Source: Camelus dromedarius
Taxonomy: Eukaryota
Length of the DNA stretch: 64,000 nucleotides
Assembly: GCF_036321535.1 (NCBI RefSeq)
Contig: NC_087436.1
Location: 34,598,001-34,662,000 of the forward strand
Reading direction: 5' to 3'
Positions 38,246 through 49,720 of the stretch are shown here, piece by piece (position 1 is the stretch's first letter; every line of letters starts with the position of its first letter). The notes below the pieces were generated by a model that worked only from the letters and a program-made list of their open reading frames with translations, was not told the origin of the DNA and did no database searches. A program made the position numbers and the translations under genes.

Positions 38246-41200
38246 CTGACATCCCAGATATGTCCTTATAAATTTAATGGGAATTAAATATGGAATATCC
38301 TGCACTTTGTGATCAGGCATATGCTTGAATATTATGCCTGTGTTTATTAAAAATTTAGAAAGTGTCATACTGTTTTCTCAATATAAAATTCCTTCAAACA
38401 AGGCCAAGCTCATATTCTTTATTACCTGTCTGTCAGGCCTGAAGCATGAAGAGAAAACTATTTTTTCATTACGTGAGTTATATGGTATGAATCTGATAAA
38501 TCTCCTTCTGCCCATATTCAAAGATTGCAAAAATAGATGAGTGGATTTTAATCAAGAATGCAGAAAGGAATTCAATTTTGGCTAAATTCCAAATCCAAGA
38601 ACAAGAAGTTTCACTCTCCCCTTTTTTTTTTTAAATGATAGAACTAAGGGGGTAAAAATAGGAGGTTGGAATGGAATGTAAATTTAATTTTAGCCACACT
38701 CTTCTAACATAATTTCTATGAATGAAAAATCAGCACTTGGGTTTAGCTCTTGGTGTTCAACCATTAAACTGCTGCTGATCCTTCCCTTAGAGGAGTTCTT
38801 CCCATAATCACTTGGCAGAATTTATATTCACTTCTTCTTCTCAGCTCTCTTTAACAAACATCACGTCTCCAGGTTTAATCTGCTTGTAAATTTTATTTAG
38901 ACTCCAGCCCTTATTAATCCAGAGGCATTCACTGACTTCCCCAACGTGGTCTTATAAGATGTTGCCAACTGATGAATTACAGACATGCATATAATTTTAG
39001 CAGAGAAGGAAAACACTCTACTGAGATTTTTCTCTCAATTTTTTATGCTCCAAAACTGCTGATCCTGGGATTTGAAAAAGAGAACATCTCTTTTCCTTTA
39101 TCACTCTCCCAGGCAGTACTAATTTCTCAAAAGAGAAAGGAAATGGGATTTTTGTTTTACTGCTAAATATTATGTAAAGAAGTTAATCACATTACTTTGA
39201 AGAAAGAATCTACCCTTGCCTGAATGGAAAGATTGCAGACAAAGGCTTGGCTACACAGGACAAAGCTTACTAGCAGTTGAAACAGGAGAAGGGATGACCA
39301 TTGACAAGGAAGCAGGGAGTGAAAGTGGTAGAATTCACGTGGCCACGGAGAGATGTGGTTAAGCTGAGGTCCAGCATGTTCGGTGTTTATACGGTTTGAA
39401 GTAGGCATGTTTCACTTGAGAATTCCACTGATTCTTATAAAACTACATGCCTATGTTAATGTAACCAAGGTATTATTCACAGTAGATTTACAAAGACATA
39501 AAAATAGTTAATTTGGGGTTAGTGTGTTTTTAAATAAATTTTTTCTTTTTTCATAAATAACTTTGGCTAACCTTAGGTAAGCCCATAATAATAGTGCTTG
39601 TATCTTCTCAATTAAAGTTTGGGATGCATTGTCAAAACACCCCAGAAACAAACAAACAAAAAACTTCCCCAAATCAAATAAATGAAAAAAAAACAAAAAC
39701 AAAAACAAAAACAAACAAAACCAGAGTGCACACATGAGGGCAGCAGGGCAGACGCTTTGAATCTATGCTGGCCCGCACAATCCAGCCCATGCTTTTTACT
39801 TCGCAGAACTGGTCTAACATCATGAGTTTAGAGTTGAAGCAATGCAACACAAACTTGTAAACAAACAGGATTTAAATGAGTTCGTTTTCACACACAGCTG
39901 CCACAACCTTTGGTTCCTGTCTCCCATTGTAAGGCATCACTTTGTGGGATTGTTAAATTGTCTGCTCCTCCTCCAGGATTTCCTTAAGAATTTAAAACAT
40001 CTTATTAAGATTTCTAATGCAAATTAGTGCAAAATTAGCATTTGTGCACTGTGGATGCATTGTAATCTAAAAGTCATTCTGAATTTTGCCAACCATAGGT
40101 CTTCAGCCATGTTACAGTAACTGCCCTGTCATTAATCAGGTTACATATGTTTAAGGGAAAAAAAAAGACTAAGAATTTCCAGCAAGATGAAGTACCAGCC
40201 CACATTCATGACTCCTGCTAATTTCCAATGAACATAGGCTTGCTTTATTGATGTGTTAGTTGCTCAAACCTGCAAAACACAAATAAACTGTGGAGAAATC
40301 TGTTTGAAATATATTGCATCAACCTACTCCTAGCCACTCCTAGCCAGCCTGAGCTCTGGTGGTCAGTCCTAAAATGTGACGAACCAGGGTGATGATAAGC
40401 TGCTTCCGTCTTCAGGCACAGCATAACAAAGGCCCCAAGACTGCAAACTCCCATGGCCTCTAGAGGAGAAAAATCACAGAGTCACTTCTGTGATTCACCA
40501 CTGGGGAAACCCAATTTTATGATCATTTGAAAGGGAATGTTGCTAAACCTAATATGTAACTTTCCTTTCATCTAAACTAACATCTATTATAATGTTTAAT
40601 GTTAAGATTTTAAAAATATATGAATGCTAAAATTAGTCTGTATATTTTGGGGAGTATGGTATTATGGTGAGGAGGATGTGAGATTATGTGTGCAGAAGAA
40701 CCATAAAGAAGATGCTAAAACACCTTCAATTCTCTGAGCAACACTACGTGGGCTTTTTGAAAATCATTATTGATTTTAATATTTTCTATTTCCTTTCATG
40801 TAACATTTAGCTCATGTGAGTCCACTATAGCAATCTTATCACTCGTTCTCTAGTTCAGTGGGAAATGCCATTTGTCCTGCTTTCACTGAGAGCCGTGTTC
40901 CCAGCAAAGAGAGTTTCCAGTACTGATGTCTGCCTAAGGGATAATGGTATCTCTTTACAATATCTTTGTTTTTTCTAAAATAAAAATATCTAAGTGTGAT
41001 TTCCTTTTCATACAAAGTCCCTGGTTTATACACGGAGACAATTAGATCTTTTTAAAGACATTTAGATACTCAGAACTCTACTTGAACCATCAAATTGTAC
41101 TTGGGAGAATTGCCATAGAAATATGAAAAAAGGCAAATTTATTTCCAGAACAAGACTGTTGAGCCCACCTTAACATAAATATTTACTATCAAAATAAAAT

Positions 41201-41619
41201 CTTGAAAATGCTTTTTAAAAATCAAATTGAGTGAAAATTCTCCTAAACCTATATTTTCCCTCATAAGCCAATGCATTAGTGTCTCTTTTTGTCATGTAAA
41301 CCTTGTCTTGACTCTTTCTAAATCCCAAGCTTAAATTAATACCACACATAGATTTTACAGAACCCCAACAGATTGTAGCCAAACTGACGGAATTTCGTTT
41401 GCTTGTCCCCAGGTTGCATGGCTCTGACCACTTGTTTAGAGAAGGATACTGCTCTGAGGTATCTCTAGAAATCCCAAAGCAGTTTATGATGTGCTGTTGT
41501 CTAGAAACCCGTCACCACAAATTCCAATCCTCCAGAACAAAATCGGGAACCCAAAGGACAATTAAATGTCTCTCAAAGAAACATAACCCTTGCAACTTGG
41601 AAGCATAGGTATGAGAGCT

Positions 41620-41900
41620 GTTTACTTAATCTGTTCATATCTCAGTTTCTTCAAGGGTAAAACGTGGATAAATCACAGCACCTAGTTCACAGGGTATCGT
41701 GAAGATTAAAACGCATTAACACATGAAACGTGCTTAAAGCACAGCTCCATGCATGCTAAGAACTCTTTAAGTGTTAGTGATGATAATACTGAAAAGGATG
41801 ATTTACGGATGAGGAAACTGAGGCTTAAGGAGGCAGGAGGTTGGCTTAGGCCAAGTCATACAGCTGAGCCGTGAGTCTGACCCCTCAACTTTCTTACTGT
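41620..41900. mobile_element. Two MIR fragments in opposite orientation (+ ~41620-41790; - ~41800-41900)
   Basis: 'tctcagtttcttcaagggtaaaacg...gaagattaaa' then 'tttacggatgaggaaactgaggct'. Confidence 0.7.
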
Positions 41901-42802
41901 AAATTTCATGCTCTGTCGATTGTGCCTCACTGAGAATCTCCAAGGAGAAGGAGGGATATGATGAGTGAGGAGCTATTGACATGAGAGTCATACGTATGAC
42001 TTAGTAGCAGAGCAGGTCAGAAGCATTTAGATAGTAAAGGTAAAATTTAATTTGACCACTTTGATTACCTGATCATTTCCGACATATTTTATTGGGTAGT
42101 GAGGTACAGAAAACAGAAAAAGCAGAAGTACTGCCGTGACAGCTACTCGAAGCACACAGTCAGACAGGGAGTTACAGATAATGAGAAGGTATGAGGTGGA
42201 AGAATGGCAAGATAAGAAATAATTACACCATGGAGTCGCCTAATATAGGCGGAAATGCACGCTTTAAATCTCTCTGAATGCACCCCCCCCCAGTCTGGGG
42301 GAGCATTGTTCTCCTTTCTGTTCTAGGTGCAGCATCCTATAATTCAATAATGATGACTCACCGCCATTAGGAAAGAAATAGAGTGCATTTGGTGCGTTCT
42401 GCGTAAGAAGGCAAGGAAGTTGTTATGATGTTCAAATATTCCACAGCACTCATACATTGCTTTTATTATCAGCAAAAAAAACAAAAAAGCTCATAAACAA
42501 AAGACAGGGACGTTTATAAGCCTCTGTCTGGTATTTTTCTGTTCTGTTTTCTTTTGTTTGGGAAGATGTCTCTGCTTTGCTCTGACTATGTAATCAAATC
42601 TACAGATGTCACATTCAGTCAGACTCAATCTCTCCTCATTTTCTGAGTCACTATTTACCAAGATAGGGTCAAAATATCAATAATCCAGGTCCCTTCTCAC
42701 TATCTATCTCATAGGGCTTGAAATTAATCTCCTTTCACAGGTTGAGTGGATACAAAGTCTCAGTTATGCCATTTTCTAGTCTGACACTCAGCAAACGCAC
42801 CA

Positions 42803-43008
42803 TAGTGCCATTGCCCAGCAGAAATTTCTTAAGTGATTAACTGAGCTGCACAGTATTGTAGCCAGGAGCCACACGTGGCCACTGAGCACAGGAAATGTGG
42901 CTACTGAACCTGAGAAACAGAATTGTTTACTGTATTTCATTTTAATTAGTTTAAATTTAAATAGTCACCGAGAGCTAGCAGCTACCACATCAGATAGCGC
43001 AGCACTAG
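42803..43008 (+). mobile_element. MER3-like hAT-Charlie MITE
   Basis: 'gtagccaggagccacacgtggccactgagcacaggaaatgtggcta...tttaattagtttaaatttaaatagtcac...gctaccacatcagatagcgcag'. Confidence 0.85.
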
Positions 43009-43443
43009 AGATCCCTGATCCTGGTCCATATTCCCCAAGACGATCGTCTCCCTGCTCCAGTGCACTGGCTGCTGCATGTATTTTCTGTGACTGCATGTTT
43101 CTATCTTCTAGAAATCTCAGAGCCACTATCCCTGAATCATAATTAAGATGGCAAGACCAGATTTTCAGTGAATATTTTAAATGGACATGTTGCTGAAAAA
43201 CACTTGAATCACAGAAAAGGTTTAGCAAAAATATAACATATTGAAACCATATTGTGTTCATCAAATTTTAGAGAAAAAAAATCTTCAGATGTCAGAAATG
43301 AAGAAAGAAACCAAAGTCAGAGATATGAACTGGTAGTAAATCTGAGTGGCTCATGAGGAGAGGTAAATTAGAGGGCAGGAGAAATTTTAAAGCTGTAATA
43401 CAGAAAGTAAACAAGTCACCCAGGCTGCCATAGGATGGGAAGT

Positions 43444-43788
43444 TGTATTGGTCAACTCAGGCTTCCATAACAAAATATAGTAGACAGAGTGGCTTAACAA
43501 AAAAAGTATTTTCCTCAGAGTTCAGGAGGATGAACGTCTGAGATCGCGGTTGCCAGCATGGCTGGTTCTGGAGAGAGCTCTTTCTGTCTTGTAGGTGGTG
43601 TCATCTTACTGTCATGTGAGCTTTCCTTAGTGCAAGCTCTCTAATATCTCTTCTTAAAAGGGCATTAATCCCATCATGACATCATCTGACCTTAATGACT
43701 TTCCAAAAGCCCCACTCTAAAGACCATCATATTGGGGGTTAGGGCTTCACATACAAATGTGGGATGGGGACGCAATTCAGTCTATAAT
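43444..43788 (-). mobile_element. MaLR MLT1A-like solo LTR
   Basis: 'tgtattggtcaactcaggcttccataacaaaata...gggcattaatcccatcatga...gggggttagggcttcacata...aattcagtctataa'. Confidence 0.88.
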
Positions 43789-43944
43789 GGAAATTGTCTC
43801 TGGAGTCACAACTAAATGGAGATGAATACTATCAGAAATTGGTTTTACCCCTAAACCAATAGGAAGAGAATCAGAATCTTCAAGACATCTTCAAGAAATT
43901 AGAACTTCAAGCCTTCGTTCTTCTGAGGCCAAATTCACATAACC

Positions 43945-44423
43945 TACGGTACAAGGTACAAATGACCACAATACTTTGCAGCTCTTTCTACCAAGAGGTA
44001 GAGTATATTTCCCCATCCCTTGAAGTTAGGCTTGGATGGATAACTTACTTTGAATAATAAAACAATAGTTACCATGCTCACGTAGGGACTGAAAGACTGC
44101 TTATCCTTTGAGAACTGCTGTCTCTTTTCACGGAGTGATTACTCTGTTGAAGAAGTCAGTCTAGCCAGCAAGAATGAGAGACCATAACGGGCAGAGTTCA
44201 TCCAACTCAGCTTAACCACCTCCCCAAACAATCAGAGTCCAGTTGACCTGGATTCTGACCACAGACGTGGGAATGAGTCCACCTGAGATCAGCAGAAAAA
44301 CCACACAACTGAGCTCTGCCCACTTTACCAACCTATGGGACTGTGTAATACATTCATGGTTGCTGTTATTTTAAGTCACTAGGTTTTGAGGTGATTTCTG
44401 ATGGAGCAGAGATAACTGATATA
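43945..44423 (+). mobile_element. MaLR MLT1 (G/H-like) LTR
   Basis: 'caagaggtagagtatatttccccatcccttgaa...ttttaagtcactaggttttgaggtgatt...gataactgata'. Confidence 0.75.
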
Positions 44424-44599
44424 CTACCCTTATCCAGCAGGAATATTGCAGTGAGAAGTTAATACAAAAGTTGATCTGGAACAGAGTCAAACTTAACAAA
44501 CCAGCCTTTTGGGAAACCCAAGAGTCCTAGCTTGGAGGCACAGGAAACAGTCTCTGCTTAGATAACACTCAAAAAATCATAACCACTGAGATTAAAACA

Positions 44600-45060
44600 C
44601 AAGGAAGTCAGCATAAACAACAACTGAAAGGTACAGAGAAATCTGAAGAACACTAGAAGGCAAAAGAGATGGAAGAAAGGAATAGAATAGAAGAACCAAG
44701 CATAAACTTAGAAAATAAAAAAAACACATAATCATTAAAATTACCAATAAAATTTTTAAACTCATGTAAAAGAGTGGACTAAGGAAAGTCACAGTAAGTA
44801 AATAACCCAAAATAAGATGATAAAAATAAGTCCAAATATCAGTAATCTCAACATATGTGAATGGATTAATCATAAAAATTAAAAGACACAAGTTAGAGAC
44901 ACAAATGACATTTTTTTACATTCAGAAATATGATGTTTACAAAAACAAACCTGAAAGTTATGAGGCTGAAATTTTAAAAATAGGAATAAGACAGACAGAT
45001 TGAAAAACTGTTAACCAAAATTTACCTACTATCATGTTAAAAAAAAAATAGGATTTAAGA
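44600..45060 (+). mobile_element. Old L1M fragment (inter-ORF/ORF2 start)
   Basis: 'aataagtccaaatatcagtaatctcaacatatgtgaatggattaa...attaaaagaca' resembles the L1 ORF2 start. Confidence 0.6.
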
Positions 45061-45799
45061 AGGAAATGGCTAAAGTTAATCACCTCTTTTTTCTCTCATG
45101 AACCTACTGAGAGCTGGATATAGAATCAGTAAGGCAGGAATAAATCGTCACCTTGATAACTCATAAGGACAATTAGGGAAAATGACTTCACTTTTGACAA
45201 AAATACTTGCTTCTATTTCTTTTAGATCAGAAACAGAACAAAACAAGACCATCAAAATCCCTCCACATCCCTGTCACAGATGGATGTGGACAAACACTGA
45301 GTAGAGCCACACTGACTAAACTCCCCATCTCCCAGAGAGAATATTAACATCACACTCTCTCCAGGAATCCCAAATCAGGGGCCAGAAGTGGTGGGGTTTG
45401 AATGACTAGCTCCTTTCCCAAATTCACTAATCAGAATAGTTCATTCTTCTTTCCTGGTTTCTATCTCTATCAATATGGCAGACTACATATTCAGAAAAAT
45501 TCTCATGGCAAAGAATTATGGTGGGTATAAAATTAAATTATATACAAGAAAAGAAAACCAAACAGATGAGTGATGGAAATACTTTGAAGCCGGAAAGGAC
45601 AGCATATCTGCTATTACTCTCTAATGCATGGCAGAAGCATATAGATACCCTCTATAGAGGAACACTTTAAATAGAGACCTCAAAGAGTTCTTACACATTA
45701 ATTTCTAAATAATATAACCTAAAAGAAAAAAATCACAAAGCACACAAGGATACAAGTCACTATGACTGAAAGCATCAAAAACAACAAAACAATGGACAG

Positions 45800-46290
45800 T
45801 GACAAACTGATTCTCAAGTTTACATGGAGAGTAAAAGAGCCAGAATAGCCAATAAAACATTGAAAGGGAAGAACAAAGTTGGCAGACTGACACGACCCAG
45901 CCTCAAGACTAACTATAATTAAGACAAAATGTTATTGGAAAAAGAATAAACAAATAGATCAATGGAACAGAATAGAGAGCCCAGAAATAGACCCACATAA
46001 ATATACTCAACTAATCTGACAAAAGACTAAAGGAAATACAATGGAGCAAAGATAGTCTTTTCAACAAATAGTGTTGAAAAAATTGGACATCCATCTGCAA
46101 AAAAATGAATCTAGACACAGAACTTCCACTCTTCACAAAAATTAACTCAAGATGAATCTTAGCCCTAAATGTAAAATGCAAAATGATAAAACTAGAAGGT
46201 GACATTTGAGAAATCCTAGATGACTTTGGGTATAGTAACGAGTTTTTAGATACAACACCAAAGGCAAGATCCCTGAGAGAAATAATTCAA
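45800..46290 (+). mobile_element. L1M ORF2 fragment, abruptly 3'-truncated
   Basis: 'aagaacaaagttggcagactgac', 'atagatcaatggaacagaatagagagcccagaaatagacccac', 'gatagtcttttcaacaaat'; no 3' UTR or poly-A follows. Confidence 0.9.
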
Positions 46291-47884
46291 GTCATCACCA
46301 GTGATCTTACGCTCCAGCTGCCATTATGGTTATAGATCTTTCTAAATCGCCTCTAATAAATACATCCTAGAGCTGGTCCTTTTCTAATACTGCTAAGCCC
46401 CCGGGGGTGTACACCTTTGCCCAGGGACGGTTTTGGCTTAATGATGTCACTCCCAGTATCAGAAATCTACAGCTAAATGTAGTGGAAGGTGGGGATTGGA
46501 GAGAAAGAAGAAGAATCGAAAGGACAGCATGCATACTAAAAACATTTGAAAGATGATTACATGAAAACATTTGGAACTTGAGATCTTTCATTCATATATT
46601 TAATGGCATTCTCTCCCTGTGTTGCTTTATGTGTTTATGTGCGTCCTGCTCAGTGAGATTTCTCAAAACCTTTATTTTCCAAAGCATTTTATTCCTGCTA
46701 CACCTCATTAAAACCTAATCAGTATTAAACACACAGCATACTTCTGCAAAAACATTTGTCTTTCTCCCTTCTGGTAGCCAAGGCAGGCCTTTCAGTTGAA
46801 CCCGCATGGGAGCAGCATAAGCCCGCCCGGCTCTCCTACCTGCCGAGCTGGGCTCCGATCTGACTGTCCTCTTCTCTCATGACATTGACTCGCAATGGTT
46901 GCTCTTCCAGTCCCGGCCCAGCCTCTGCAAAAGGAGAGTGTGATTACAGTAGGAAGTGTCACATGAGTGTAATTCAATCAGATTCTGGAGTGTCCCCATC
47001 CCCTGCTGGCAGTCGGTGCACAGACTCTCTGGCAACCTCCTGGATCCCTTACTCCACTCGGTTCAAGAGTGTTTATAGTCACCCTTGAGATACACTTGGC
47101 AGCTGCAGACTCAGCACCGAGCTGTGAAACGTGTGCCGCTGCAGCAACCGTGCCTGTCTGGCTTCCAGAGTGGACATTCTCCCCTCGGGTTTTTCTCTTG
47201 CTCTGTATGTGCTTTCATTTTATTTCGTGTGTTGGAAAGAGGAAGACGGACTAGAGAGAGGGGAAAAAGGGAGCTGCTCCAACTGCCACAAAGTCTTGAG
47301 TGGAGGTAGCATCATATGAAAATGTTTTCCTTTCTCCATCAACCATGTTGGGTCATAAGGTTTTTAATAAATCATTATAGTCCTTTCCATTCACTTTCCT
47401 AATCTCCCATTGCTATTTCCTTGTTATTTGGAAACATGCTCCCTGGTTGTATGGGTGGTTTTCTAGTTGTTTATTTTGCCCGTAACATTTGGCAAACTTT
47501 ACACAAACCCTCAAACTATTGCTTTTAGATTTAAACACAGAAGAATAAAATCAAGCTAAGTTTTAAAGACACATCTACTACTTATCCAGGTTACAAGGTT
47601 GAGGCGCTGCGTATCCATTCGACCAGTATTTCCTTATGCCTCCCTCTAAAAACCAGTTGGAGCACCAGAAAATAGGAGACTCAAGAAATAAGCAAAGTGG
47701 GCCCCACCTCTTCTATCTGACTTCCTTCAGCGACTCACCAGTGTGCATTTCCAACTCTAACCACCCAAGTGGCCAGAACGCTTTCTGACATGCTCATTTT
47801 TGTTTCCAAATTACTGCTAATGTATTTTCTAATATTTAGCTATTTTTATTTTCCCAATTGATCATATTTAATTCAACCCATTTT

Positions 47885-48160
47885 TTTCAGATTTTTAAAA
47901 AACTTTTATTGAAGTATAGTTGATTTACAACATTAGTTTCAGGTGTACAGCAAAGTGATTCAGATATATATATATGCATACCTATATACTTTCTTTTCAG
48001 ATTTTTTCCATTATATGTTATTACAAGAAATTGAATATAGTTCCCTGTGCTCTACAGTAGGTCCTTGTTGTTTACCTACCTAATATATAGTAATGTGTGT
48101 CTGTTAATCCCCAACCCTTAATTTATCCCTCCCTGCCCTTTCCCGTTTGGTAACCATAAT
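47885..48160 (-). mobile_element. L1 3' UTR fragment
   Basis: 'attgaagtatagttgatttacaa...gtgtacagcaaagtgattcag...ttccctgtgctctacagtaggtcc', homologous to ~2150-2380. Confidence 0.9.
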
Positions 48161-49329
48161 TTATGTTGCTAATGCACTTTAACTTTGATCTCCTAACTCA
48201 CATCAACTGTCAAAGAACAAAAAGCCCATTCATCATTACCTTTGTCCTTTATCATGTCTGTCCATATTAGCCTCTTCATGTTCAGTGTCAGCTCATGAAC
48301 TGGTAGTCCAACGAAATCTTCCTTGAATGGTCTTTGCTATATAATACGGATCATCCCTAAGCACTGAATTATTGGCTCATTGGCTAGTAATCCAAAAGCA
48401 TTTTAAATTTTTATTTTGCTCAGAGGCATAGTTTATAATGGAAAGCATTGTGCTCCTGGATCAATGATTCCACCACGACTAATATGGTACAGATGCACTC
48501 ATAAGTCTCTTACTACTCTCAGACTCCTTTGCTCAGCTGTAAAAGGTACTATTTCTTAGAATGTTGGATACAAAAAGAGTTGGGAGGTGGAGGTTGCAAT
48601 TTCTGCTAAATTCCATGCAGTATTTATTACTTGTGGTTATTCCATCACTACAGCCTTAACCACTGGTGTAGGCAGAATGCTTTGGGAAGCTGCCCATGGA
48701 TAACTAACTGAGTTATGTGAGCAGACGCTCTTGAACTTTATGCATGCCTGCACCTTGGTGCACCTGTTAATGCATTGTCACGGTACTACTTGTGCCATGA
48801 CAATGTCTGGTCTCTCTTTTCCCTTCCTTTCCACCAAGATCCTGCCCTATTCACAGAGGAGGAGCTGAAAAGAGTTCAGTTCCAGTGAAGGAAGCACCCT
48901 GCTATGTGAGCATAAGTGAGGCCCTCTGTAACAGACATACAATGCCAAGATGATTATGTGCTTCCCAGAGAGAGAGCCTCCTTAAAGCAATTTAGCTGGT
49001 ATGACAAAACAGTCCTGATTAAGCTCATATAAATCAAGCTAGACAGCACCTTTAGATTTGATCTTTTAAAATAAAGCATTTGCATGTTGTATGGAAATGT
49101 GGCATTTCATACTATCAGAAAGGAACACAGCATTCCTTTTATATTCAGCATAAAAAGGTAGACATATATTGGGTCTAGGAGATAAAGTCCTTCTTGAAAA
49201 ACTTATTTCAAATATAAAAGTCTGAATACTTGTATTTATATATATAATTTCTATGATCATACTAAATTAATGCATAATAAAATTCTTTGAAGAAAGTTTA
49301 GCCTTATAATTAATATGTATTAAGTGTTT

Positions 49330-49720
49330 CCTATGTGTTAAGCCCCAAGTCTTTTAAATGTGTTAAATTGTTATTTCCATTTGAGGACACTGTGACACAG
49401 AAAAGTTAATTTACCCCTAGTGAGACAAAATTAATAAACAAGAGACCTTGATTTTTAATCCAAAGGTTTAGCTCTAGAGTTCACACTCCTTTATGCTATG
49501 TTTGTGTGAAATAAAAACTTAAGATACAATCCTTGTTCTGGAACTTACAAATCTTATCTTCTTAAACTCCAGATGCATTAGTTTCTTCATTTCTAAAAGG
49601 GGATAATAACAAAGATACTGTCTATCTCAAGAGCTTGCTTTGTAAATTAAATAAGAAAATGCATGAAAAACTTCCTAAAATTTGCCTGCCTTTTAGATGT
49701 ACCTAATAAATGATATTTTG
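49330..49720. mobile_element. Two MIR fragments in opposite orientation
   Basis: 'tgaggacactgtgacacagaaaagttaatttacc' (-) and 'agtttcttcatttctaaaaggggataata...aataaatg' (+). Confidence 0.55.
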
